IMG/VR virus record: IMGVR_UViG_3300023184_005116
Coordinates: 1-64,000 of that record
DNA from: a virus
DNA length: 64,000 nt
Direction: 5' to 3' (one strand)
In this document: in pieces, positions 38,831 to 48,268 of the stretch
Numbering within the stretch: the stretch's first letter is position 1
Layout: every line of letters starts with the position of its first letter
Position numbers and translations under genes: made by a program
Notes under the pieces: generated by a model
Seen by the model: the letters and a program-made list of their open reading frames with translations, nothing else
Told to the model about the DNA's origin: nothing
The model's database searches: none

Positions 38831-41800
38831 TTGGCAAGAAAGATAATTAAACAGACGGCATCGTTTGGAGTACTCAGAGCGAATCCTAGAATATCAGGTA
38901 ATGTTAAACTTACCATTGATGCTAATAAGGATATCTGGTTAAACTCCATTGACTCTAATGCCGAGATGTCAAACCAGGCTTATAAGGGATTTAGAATTTC
39001 GCCCGAATCTTCTTTTGATAGGGATTTGTATACTTTTTTTAACGAAGGTAAAACGCCTCCTCAGTTTGTTTTTGGATTAGCAGGGGAAGGAGAGCCAGTA
39101 CAAAACCAGATTAATAATTTAGCAAATTCCTACAACTTTATTTACAGTTCGGGGGTAACCCCTCTAGTATCTGATAAGTATTCTGAAGATTTTTCTTATC
39201 TTGCACCTTTGTGGATGGGAGAGGATATACCTGACTATTTTGTAATATTTAGGGTAAATGATCCTATAGATTACCCATACCAAGTTCCTGTTACTTCTAT
39301 ATCTAACGGAGCTAGTTATAAAGTTCTAGAAGACCCTAATGTAGACAAAAATGCTACTGGGTATTTACCATTTATTGTATCGTATAACGCATCCAATTAC
39401 ACAGACGGGAATATCTTTAGCGGAGGAGCTTTAGTCTCGTTTACCGTTGTTCAAGGAAGTGGTACAGTGATTCTTTTAGATCCTTTGTATCATCAAAGTG
39501 ATGTCGAAAATACTTCTTCTCATTTTTATAATAAGATTTTACCAAAAGCTACTGCAGTATCAACATTTGATCTCACTGAAAAATCAAAAATAGGAAAATA
39601 TCTAAGAAAAATTAAAACGACTACTGGATACACAGATAGTCTTATTGATGTTAGATTTGAAGAGAATCAATTAACCAATTACAACGGTGTTAATTATACT
39701 AGAGGCGTATTTGACAAAAAAGGAGATTTTCTTTTAGATTATTTTGAAACCCCAACTTCACAAATAGGGTTTGAAGATTATATGACCGATGGTTTTAGAA
39801 GAAATGGATTAATTAGCTATAAGCTTCTTAATTTAGAATTTCTTTTTAATGACGGTGAATCTAAAAATTATACAATAAATAGATATTTTGGTCTATATGT
39901 AAATGCTGCAGAAGTATCTTCATTAAAGCTAGACGGAAATGCTTTGTATTACGATGGCGGCGCATCGGGAAATACCCCAGTACCTCAAAGAAATGATAAA
40001 GGATATTATTATCAGGAAGGAGCATATTATCAATACAACGATAATGGAGTAAGGCTATTTATAGACCCTATTCAAATAAAAGGGGTAATTCCAACTTCAG
40101 ATGATGTAAATGAATATGAGCGAACAAAACTTTTCTGGATAAAAGATAAAGTTGGTAGTTTTTATTCTTTAAAAAAAGACGAAAACTATCTTACTGCAAT
40201 AGAGATATTACCTACATCTTTATACGGATTACCTGGTACTGAAAATCAATTAGTATTGCAAAATACTGTTGTTAATCTTTCCAATTTTACTGGATCTGAT
40301 GTAAACACCAAAAAACAATATTATGGTAAATCAACAGGAGAAAAAGGAAGAGCATATTCTGTTATAAAAATAGGGGGACAACTTACAAACACAAGCGAGG
40401 ATTCATTTGTATTCTATCATCCTTTAGGAACTTATGGAGTACCTGGAGCTAAGTATGACATTTTAAGAAGCTCTGATATGTCATCTGTAATTGATGAATG
40501 GGGTCCAGGAAGTTATTACTCACAAGACAATGCTTATTATTTTCACCCTTTTGGAACTCCTGAACAAATTGCTACTGCAATAGCTGGACTTTTTAATAGC
40601 TTTAATTATAATTCTTTTGAAGCTTTTGTCTCTGGTGATGAAGTAGTAATAAGAACAAGAGCAGCAGGTTCACAAGAAAATACAAAATACTATATAGATT
40701 TCTATCAGGACTTTTCATTACTTGTAAGAATGCCTGATTTGAGAAGAGGCACTATTCTAATTAACGAAAAAGATGCTTGTGATATAAATCAGAAGCAGTC
40801 GTTTGTCGGAGGGTCTAACTATTCTACAAATAGAGTTAAGGTTAAGAAGGAGGATGCTAATAAAATTATAGTAGGCGAAACCTTTATTGAAACAGTTAAA
40901 AATACTGCAACTGATTCTTTTAGTGGAATACCCGAATATTCACACAAAAGTTCTTCTGTAGTTGTTGGGAAATATAGATTCGTAGATGAATATGCTAAGG
41001 ACCTTGGCGGGGAAATAATAGGATTAAAAGATTTTGAAAATTATGCAACCTTAGAAGTTGCAAACCATACAGAAAAAATATCAATCGGATCTGTAAATAA
41101 AATATCTGCTTTTGATACCTACGATGTACCATTGGGAATATTTTCTTTTTATGGATTAAGAGAAATCGATATGGATTTCTGGTATAGTAATTATGGATAT
41201 ACCCCTACAGAAGAATACTATAAATATTTAGACGTTCAGCCGGACGGAAATACTAAAATAATTCCAAACAGAACTTATTTTGTTTCTTCAGGAAGCGAAA
41301 TAATATACAATTCTAATAATGTTACGGGACCAGATTTTTTCGTTGGTAATCTTGGTGTAGAATCCTATACATTAGTTACAGCATCTACTGGTGCAGAGGC
41401 TAATGTTTATCCCACTATATTTTCGAGAGGAAACCAGACAGGAACAGTAAATACAATAAATTTTGATACTGCATTTTACCCGGATCTTGATGCCTTCCCT
41501 GGATTTTATGGAATACAGGATCTTAAATTTTTTAACGAGCAGACAGGATTAGATACTAAATATTCTAATTTGAATTTTGGTAAACTTTCATCTGAATATG
41601 ATTATACAAAAGATAACTATAATACGGATTTTGCAATAAATAGTAGAGTAAGTCCTTATATAACTAAATGGGTTTATAAAGGAGGAACTGATGTAAGAGG
41701 AAATGGATATAGATTAAATAATAATCTTGCATTTAGCCCGCTTAATTTTTCTCCTAGCTTTTTTAGAAATTCTCAGGATCCGCAATATTTTACTCACGAG

Positions 41801-44440
41801 TGGTATCAATTGCAGACACCTCCATATTCTCTTCCTGAGCATAATATACACAAAGATAAAAGTTATCTTCATGGGGATTTAAACGAGTCGTCAATAAGTG
41901 ATGCAAATCCTGCTAATAGAGATTATTTCTTAGATTATTTTTCAGTAGAAGGAGAAGATTTATATCCATATTTTTCTAATAGCAGTACTATCTTTAATGT
42001 GAATCTAACTGAACGATATTCGGTTTTTGGTTTTAATCAAGGAAGTGGATTATCTGAAACACTTTTTAGAGGGGCAAAGGTTAAAATAAAAAGAAATTTT
42101 ACAGACTACACTCAAAATGAATCTGTAAAGTATTTAAGTGATGATAGATTCTACGAAGATTATAAATTTTCATGCGTCATTGTCCCTGTTTATAATAAAG
42201 AATCTATAATACAGGCTCCGATAAAAATAAAAATCTGGGAGAATAGACAATTCAAAAACATCACGTTTATACTTGAGGTTTTAATGGATGATATGAGAGC
42301 AGCTGACTATGAATTGCCTCTTAATCAACAAGGTATAGATCTTGACTATTTTTTACTTTATTCGTTAAAGGATAAATTAACAAAACAAACTGCAACTGCC
42401 CCTGTAACTTCTTCTTTACCTAGCGGAATTATTGGATTGCCTGCAGTTGGTGACATAAAACTATCTTCTGCTCTAAACATATCTCCTGTCCCTACTTCAT
42501 CTGGAGTATATTCAGTAGTTAATGGTGGAACAATTGGACAGGAGGGTGAAATTTATATAGTGCCAAACCCAGACTATGAAACGGATTTAAGGGAGGAAGT
42601 ACATTTTACATATCTTCCTACAACAACTCCCGGAGCTACTAGCTCTACTGGACCTGGATCATTTTACGGAGTTATTGGATCAACTGGCGGTGGACCTGCA
42701 GGAGCTTACACATTGCCTTTCCCTACTGGTGTTGGACAATCCCTTATAAATTTTACAAACACTCAAACTAATTACATTTTTGATTTTGGAGATATAGGAT
42801 TACCTGGACCTCAAATTATACCTTCTTCTGCTAGTTACGGTACTGTAAAAAACATTCCTATATTTCAAAGAGAAGGCGGAATTGGATATTGGGGAAGTAT
42901 TTTGGAAAAAATATCTTTTGCTAATCTTTCACTTCTAGTTAATACTGGTCATCCTTACATAGAATATAAAACGTTTGTATGGAACGAAACAACACGAACA
43001 ACTGATGTTTTAGATAATCAATTCACAATAGAGTTTATTAAGCCTTCTGCATTAGAACAAAATTCAATTTTAATAACTCAGGAAGATACTGATAAATCTG
43101 CTGAACTATCCCTATTTAATATTGGATATACCTTAAATGAAGCACCAGGTGAAACTGAGCTTTACAGATATAGCGGGGAATACGTTCCTAGCTTTAGAGA
43201 GGTATTAAAATTTGAGAATGTAAAATACGATATGCCAGGATGGATACTTCCTGATGATTATATTATTACCACTATAGTTGAAAAGGATATTTCGTCTAAT
43301 GATTATGAAATTGGATCTAATTATTGTATATCCTTATATGGCGAACCTCAAAAAGAAATAACTCTATTAAGGGGATTAAATTACAAATTTGATGTTAGCG
43401 ATCCAAGCAATACTGGATATCAATTATATTTCTCTACTAATAATATTGGGAACAATTATCCAAATGATGCAATAACTTATAATTATGGCACCTCTGGTAC
43501 ACCTGGAACTCCTGGAGCTTTAATAACAATAGAAATTACTCAAGATTTTCCTGATACTGTCTATTATGTAGCTCAGGGAGGAAAATATATGGGGCAAAAA
43601 ATTAGAATAATTGATCCTATAGAATATGCTTATTGCAGCTTCGGACCTGATAAAGACGATTTCGGATCTGTTAAGAATGTTAATTTTTATAAATATGCTA
43701 ATGAGTGGATTTTTAGAATAAGTAAAGATTCACCTTATAATCCAGTATATAATTTAATTGGAGAAACTCCAGTTGATAAAAGAGATTTATCTCTATTTGA
43801 AAGCTCTTGGGATCCTGGATTTTATAGACAATACAGTGGACCAACAGGATACGTTAGCTTACCTGGTACAAGAAGCATGCAGGAAGTTAAATCATTCTTT
43901 GGTAGTAAAATTATGCAAACTCCCGATTTGGTAACAATTCAAAAACAAATAGTTTATCCTACATCTCTTTCAAATGTGATTGATCTAAATTATGATAATT
44001 ATCCAAACTATGAAATTCTTTGGGAAAACACCTTAACTGAGATTAGAGGTGTGATATTAATGGACAGAATGCTTAATAGATATTTTCTTGAGGATGGAGC
44101 TAAGCAAACTTTCCAACAATTTATTGTTCCTGAATTTGGATTTGGCTCTCTTAGTGATATTAATGACGACTTTAATGAGTATATGAAATTAAATGTAATT
44201 CCTATATTTCAGTCTAAAAATAATGGATCATATCTTAAAAAAATACCGGTTACAAACCCAGCATCTTTAACTACTATAGTTGGAGATTTAGCTGATTACG
44301 AAAAAACAATAAATGGATATTATCAATCCCCCGAAATTAGATTCACTAAAGTTAATGAATTAAGATATGAATTTAAGATAGCAAAAGATCCTTCTTTTAA
44401 TTATTCTCTTGCTTTCTCTATACAGATTGGAAAAATTTAA
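38831..44440 (+). CDS. Giant putative virion structural protein (1869 aa)
   Basis: TTG start; aromatic/beta-rich; contains a cupredoxin-like module near the C-terminus. Confidence 0.55.
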   Translation: MARKIIKQTASFGVLRANPRISGNVKLTIDANKDIWLNSIDSNAEMSNQAYKGFRISPESSFDRDLYTFFNEGKTPPQFVFGLAGEGEPVQNQINNLANSYNFIYSSGVTPLVSDKYSEDFSYLAPLWMGEDIPDYFVIFRVNDPIDYPYQVPVTSISNGASYKVLEDPNVDKNATGYLPFIVSYNASNYTDGNIFSGGALVSFTVVQGSGTVILLDPLYHQSDVENTSSHFYNKILPKATAVSTFDLTEKSKIGKYLRKIKTTTGYTDSLIDVRFEENQLTNYNGVNYTRGVFDKKGDFLLDYFETPTSQIGFEDYMTDGFRRNGLISYKLLNLEFLFNDGESKNYTINRYFGLYVNAAEVSSLKLDGNALYYDGGASGNTPVPQRNDKGYYYQEGAYYQYNDNGVRLFIDPIQIKGVIPTSDDVNEYERTKLFWIKDKVGSFYSLKKDENYLTAIEILPTSLYGLPGTENQLVLQNTVVNLSNFTGSDVNTKKQYYGKSTGEKGRAYSVIKIGGQLTNTSEDSFVFYHPLGTYGVPGAKYDILRSSDMSSVIDEWGPGSYYSQDNAYYFHPFGTPEQIATAIAGLFNSFNYNSFEAFVSGDEVVIRTRAAGSQENTKYYIDFYQDFSLLVRMPDLRRGTILINEKDACDINQKQSFVGGSNYSTNRVKVKKEDANKIIVGETFIETVKNTATDSFSGIPEYSHKSSSVVVGKYRFVDEYAKDLGGEIIGLKDFENYATLEVANHTEKISIGSVNKISAFDTYDVPLGIFSFYGLREIDMDFWYSNYGYTPTEEYYKYLDVQPDGNTKIIPNRTYFVSSGSEIIYNSNNVTGPDFFVGNLGVESYTLVTASTGAEANVYPTIFSRGNQTGTVNTINFDTAFYPDLDAFPGFYGIQDLKFFNEQTGLDTKYSNLNFGKLSSEYDYTKDNYNTDFAINSRVSPYITKWVYKGGTDVRGNGYRLNNNLAFSPLNFSPSFFRNSQDPQYFTHEWYQLQTPPYSLPEHNIHKDKSYLHGDLNESSISDANPANRDYFLDYFSVEGEDLYPYFSNSSTIFNVNLTERYSVFGFNQGSGLSETLFRGAKVKIKRNFTDYTQNESVKYLSDDRFYEDYKFSCVIVPVYNKESIIQAPIKIKIWENRQFKNITFILEVLMDDMRAADYELPLNQQGIDLDYFLLYSLKDKLTKQTATAPVTSSLPSGIIGLPAVGDIKLSSALNISPVPTSSGVYSVVNGGTIGQEGEIYIVPNPDYETDLREEVHFTYLPTTTPGATSSTGPGSFYGVIGSTGGGPAGAYTLPFPTGVGQSLINFTNTQTNYIFDFGDIGLPGPQIIPSSASYGTVKNIPIFQREGGIGYWGSILEKISFANLSLLVNTGHPYIEYKTFVWNETTRTTDVLDNQFTIEFIKPSALEQNSILITQEDTDKSAELSLFNIGYTLNEAPGETELYRYSGEYVPSFREVLKFENVKYDMPGWILPDDYIITTIVEKDISSNDYEIGSNYCISLYGEPQKEITLLRGLNYKFDVSDPSNTGYQLYFSTNNIGNNYPNDAITYNYGTSGTPGTPGALITIEITQDFPDTVYYVAQGGKYMGQKIRIIDPIEYAYCSFGPDKDDFGSVKNVNFYKYANEWIFRISKDSPYNPVYNLIGETPVDKRDLSLFESSWDPGFYRQYSGPTGYVSLPGTRSMQEVKSFFGSKIMQTPDLVTIQKQIVYPTSLSNVIDLNYDNYPNYEILWENTLTEIRGVILMDRMLNRYFLEDGAKQTFQQFIVPEFGFGSLSDINDDFNEYMKLNVIPIFQSKNNGSYLKKIPVTNPASLTTIVGDLADYEKTINGYYQSPEIRFTKVNELRYEFKIAKDPSFNYSLAFSIQIGKI

Positions 44441-44456
44441 GGAAAGGTGAATTTTT

Positions 44457-44465
44457 GATATATAT
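44457..44465 (+). promoter_or_regulatory. Putative class B promoter GATATATAT
   Basis: Intergenic, upstream of the tail fibre gene. Confidence 0.45.
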
Positions 44466-44482
44466 TAGAACTATAAGTAGAG

Positions 44483-47263
44483 ATGCCACAGATTAACATA
44501 TTAAACGTACTCCAAGGAGATAACCAGTCAACTATAGTTGACAAGCTAAATTATAACTTCGATCAGATTTTAAGTGCTGGTGGAGGACCTCAAGGTCAAC
44601 AAGGATTTATTGGTCCAACTGGTCCAATAGGTCCACAAGGACCTCAAGGTGTACAAGGTATACAAGGACCTTCGGGGACTAAATGGTTTGTACAAGATAC
44701 CTCTCCTGCTTCTGGAGCAATAACAGGAAGCAGCCCGTGGAATTATCCTGCAATTGGTGACTATTGGTTAGATCCGGATTCAGCAAATCAAGAGATCTAT
44801 GTATTTACGGCAACAGGTTGGGTAGACAGCGGATATGGATTAGCAGCGGGAGATATATTTCAAAGATTTACCCCTATTTCTCTAAATGGAGGAGCTACAG
44901 GAAAAGGTATATTTATAGCAGGAACTGCTTCTGATAATAGCGTTATATTATCAGATGCTTCTATTGCAGATTATACTCCAGGAGCTAGTGCTATAGGTAA
45001 TACTAACTATGAAAATTCCAAACTTAAAATTGCTACAGATTTAACAAGACAAAAGCTTATAAGCTTTGGTAGATCTAATTACGATACAACATCAGAAACT
45101 GGATCTGCTAGTAGTTTAAAAAATCCTTCAATTCAATGGACTTCTGTTGCTCCTTCAGGTACAGGAGATTATGATATTACATTTACTAACCCTGCAGGAA
45201 GTATTAATATTTCTTCTAATATGGGTGGTGGATCTGGAGGTATTAATATGTATTCTCAAGAAGAAATTACCGCAGAATCTGCTACTCAAAATATTCAATT
45301 AAAAACTGCTTCAGTTGGTAAAGGTGTTTTTACAGATGTTGCTACTGGTGGTGCTGGATTCTTTGAAGTATCAAATTTAGGCGGTAGCACAGTTAATCAA
45401 AACTACCCCCATTTCTATAGCGATAGTGTAGGTGCAGGTATCGGTGTAGGTACTGGACAATTTAAAAGTACAGGAAATGATGCAAGAAAGCTTTCGGTTT
45501 TAGGTAACGTAAGTATATCAAAAACAGTAGGAAAGCATACAGGAACTTTATTTACAGGGAGTTCTTTACTTCCTGCTAATAATAATAAAGGTAGTTTATA
45601 CGTAGAAGGATTTGTTGGGATAGGAACTACTGATCCTACTGCATATAACGGTTCAACAATACCTCTTAACACTACAGGACCAGCAGAAGCTCAAGGAGCT
45701 TTTCCTCAGCTTTGGGTTAGTTCTCCTAACTACGGTCCTGGATTACAAGTTAAAACAAGACCTTCGTCATCAACGGGAGCACTTTCGCCTCCTAATGTAG
45801 CATCTATAGGAAGAACAGTTATTGGGGATGGGGTATTTGATGCTGCTGCAGTTTCTAGTTCTTTTGATAAAATAAGCGGAACTGGTCCTGATTTTTCTCA
45901 GGAACTTTTCTTAAATTCTGGGTATCTATTTGGAGCAAGAGCAGCTTTAATTAGCTATCAACAAAAGATTTCAAATTCTTTAAATACAACAGGAAATGCT
46001 CCAGTATTTGCAATAACTACTTATAGTCCAACTAGTGTTGGGCCATACTCTCCTGGTATAACATCGGGACTAGTTACAACAATACAAGTTAGAAATTCCA
46101 ATAACCAGTTAGATATAATGTCTAACGGAACTGGAAGTGCTTCACTTAACAATGTTAATATTGGAGCTAGAAATAGTTATTTGTTAAACGTAAAAGCAGG
46201 AACTACTACTGATCCTGGATATGGTAATATTAAAATAGGAAATAATGCAGGGACAAATAATGGAGTCGTTGGTTCATTGCCAGGAAATATTAATTTTTAC
46301 TCTCCAGGAAGCGATGGACCATACAGAAATCATAGTTTAACTGTTTCAGGAATACAAACAATAGGTACTGAGGATCCTTTGTCTAGCTTTTCAGTTTCGA
46401 GCAGTTCCACAGGAGCAGGCGTTTCGAATTATACAAACTTAAAGATTCACAGAAATCTTTATAGTGGAGTCCATTATGCTGCTGGAGGACATCCTGATCC
46501 GTTTAGTTATTTTACAGGACCGAAGGTAAATAATTATCCGAACGGAATAGAAATAACATCAGACATAGGAGATGACTCTGGTACTTCCTTTATTAAGGGA
46601 TTAAACAGGTCTGTTGCTATAGCAGTTTCTGCTAGGAATTTGTTCGAGTCTCGGCCTATTCCTTTTGGTAAAGGTACTGCATTAGCTGCTCCTACTAATG
46701 GATTCTTTGTCAGCGATACTGGACATAACGTTTCTATTGGTGGATTACCACTATATGGAGGTGCAGCATTAGATGTTAGTGCATCTCCAGGAGGTAATGC
46801 TGTTGCAATAAATACTCAAGGTGATTTATCAGTTGTAGGTAATACTGACATTTTGGGAAATCTTGGGGTTACAGGAGACGTATCTATTCTTAATGGAGGA
46901 TTAATTATTCTTAGAAATAGCGTACAGTTTCCACACCCTTTTGTCCCTTTAACTTCTTCCACTGATTGGTTCTTAAGTCCAACAAACGAGCAAAGTGCTC
47001 CTTATGATTGGCCTGCTGTAAATTACGATAGGTATATTACTGTACAAGCAGGTAGCTCTGGTTCAGGGAATGCTAGATATGAATGCTATGCTGAAAATAA
47101 TATAGGATCAGGATCCTATTATCTCCCTGAAAGAAGGGTTATGGATGCTTATAGCTCTGTGTCATTTTTAGTAGCAGCTGGATGTAGATTTAGGGTTGTA
47201 ATAGCAAATACAAGTGGTTTTCAATCGTATATAAGTATTATATCTAAAAAATTCGGTAGATAA
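44483..47263 (+). CDS. Tail fibre protein with collagen-like segment
   Basis: GDNQSTIVDKLNYNF N-terminus, GPQGQQGFIGPTGPIGPQGPQGVQGIQGPSG, GDYWLD, VGIGTTDP fibre repeats. Confidence 0.75.
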   Translation: MPQINILNVLQGDNQSTIVDKLNYNFDQILSAGGGPQGQQGFIGPTGPIGPQGPQGVQGIQGPSGTKWFVQDTSPASGAITGSSPWNYPAIGDYWLDPDSANQEIYVFTATGWVDSGYGLAAGDIFQRFTPISLNGGATGKGIFIAGTASDNSVILSDASIADYTPGASAIGNTNYENSKLKIATDLTRQKLISFGRSNYDTTSETGSASSLKNPSIQWTSVAPSGTGDYDITFTNPAGSINISSNMGGGSGGINMYSQEEITAESATQNIQLKTASVGKGVFTDVATGGAGFFEVSNLGGSTVNQNYPHFYSDSVGAGIGVGTGQFKSTGNDARKLSVLGNVSISKTVGKHTGTLFTGSSLLPANNNKGSLYVEGFVGIGTTDPTAYNGSTIPLNTTGPAEAQGAFPQLWVSSPNYGPGLQVKTRPSSSTGALSPPNVASIGRTVIGDGVFDAAAVSSSFDKISGTGPDFSQELFLNSGYLFGARAALISYQQKISNSLNTTGNAPVFAITTYSPTSVGPYSPGITSGLVTTIQVRNSNNQLDIMSNGTGSASLNNVNIGARNSYLLNVKAGTTTDPGYGNIKIGNNAGTNNGVVGSLPGNINFYSPGSDGPYRNHSLTVSGIQTIGTEDPLSSFSVSSSSTGAGVSNYTNLKIHRNLYSGVHYAAGGHPDPFSYFTGPKVNNYPNGIEITSDIGDDSGTSFIKGLNRSVAIAVSARNLFESRPIPFGKGTALAAPTNGFFVSDTGHNVSIGGLPLYGGAALDVSASPGGNAVAINTQGDLSVVGNTDILGNLGVTGDVSILNGGLIILRNSVQFPHPFVPLTSSTDWFLSPTNEQSAPYDWPAVNYDRYITVQAGSSGSGNARYECYAENNIGSGSYYLPERRVMDAYSSVSFLVAAGCRFRVVIANTSGFQSYISIISKKFGR
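44585..44680 (+). repeat. Collagen-like Gly-X-Y repeat (about 10 triplets)
   Basis: GPQ GQQ GFI GPT GPI GPQ GPQ GVQ GIQ GPS. Confidence 0.85.
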
Positions 47264-47469
47264 TGACTAAAGAATGGTTTATACAAAAATATGGGGAAAC
47301 CCACGATAATCTTTCTAGATTAGAAAAAGAAATAGAAGGGCATCAAAATAATAAAGATCTTATCTCTAATGATCCTGTAATATTGGAAAATTTAAAAAAA
47401 GAGACTCTATTAGAAATACAAAAATTAAATAATCTTCGAGAATATGAACGAAAAATTTTCAATTACTAA
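47263..47469 (+). CDS. Small hypothetical protein
   Basis: 68 aa, TAATG overlap with the fibre stop (translational coupling). Confidence 0.6.
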   Translation: MTKEWFIQKYGETHDNLSRLEKEIEGHQNNKDLISNDPVILENLKKETLLEIQKLNNLREYERKIFNY

Positions 47470-48241
47470 TATCCTAAAAAGAAAGGATATTCTCCTTCTT
47501 GTTGTAGTTGGTATACTTTGCATGTTGCTATTTAGACAGTGCTCTAGCACGTCAAATCTTCAAGCCCAATTAGAGATACAGAATCTTAATTTGGATGCTT
47601 TAAATGACACTGTACGAGTTCAAAAGAACAAGGCTGGTGAGGACATGTTTGTTAAAAAGACATTACTTGCAGATAAAGAAAGTCTAGAGAAATTAAATTC
47701 AGATTTAGCTGTTGAATTGAAAAAAGTAAAAGGGCAAGTAATTGCTTTACAAAAAGTTAAAGCAGAAACTAAAACCGAAATTCAATATGTGCCTACATAT
47801 GTTACTAAATACAACGACGGGAAATATAGTTTAGATTGGAAATTAGACACAACATATTCGGAAGGAAATTATAGAAAGCTTTCTGCTAATAGCTATTTTG
47901 AGATTGATACATTAACGCATATTATAAAACCTGGTAAAACTAAAATAGGAGAAGACGTTTTAGGATTTTCGTTTGTTACCGGACTTAGGGAAAAAGATAA
48001 TGCACTAGAGATCTTTGTAACTCCAAAATATCCTGGTATGACTATTACTAGCATGGAAGGAGCAATAATTGATCCTCAAAAATCAGATGTGTTAAAGAAA
48101 ATGTTTCCTCAGAAAAAATGGTCAATTGGTCCTTTTGTAGGAGTGGGAATTGGAGCGGGAGTTAACTTTATAGGAAAGCCTATAGCTGGACCTGTATTTG
48201 TATTAGGGCTTGGTATTCAATATTCCATAATTAAATTCTAA
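47444..48241 (+). CDS. Membrane-anchored protein, spanin-like candidate
   Basis: N-terminal hydrophobic helix ending LLFRQC, coiled coil, C-terminal Gly-rich amphipathic strands ending YSIIKF. Confidence 0.45.
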   Translation: MNEKFSITNILKRKDILLLVVVGILCMLLFRQCSSTSNLQAQLEIQNLNLDALNDTVRVQKNKAGEDMFVKKTLLADKESLEKLNSDLAVELKKVKGQVIALQKVKAETKTEIQYVPTYVTKYNDGKYSLDWKLDTTYSEGNYRKLSANSYFEIDTLTHIIKPGKTKIGEDVLGFSFVTGLREKDNALEIFVTPKYPGMTITSMEGAIIDPQKSDVLKKMFPQKKWSIGPFVGVGIGAGVNFIGKPIAGPVFVLGLGIQYSIIKF

Positions 48242-48254
48242 GGAGAAATTAAAA

Positions 48255-48265
48255 GGAATATATAA
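48255..48265 (+). promoter_or_regulatory. Putative class B promoter GGAATATATAA
   Basis: Immediately upstream of ORF 48269. Confidence 0.5.
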
Positions 48266-48268
48266 CTC

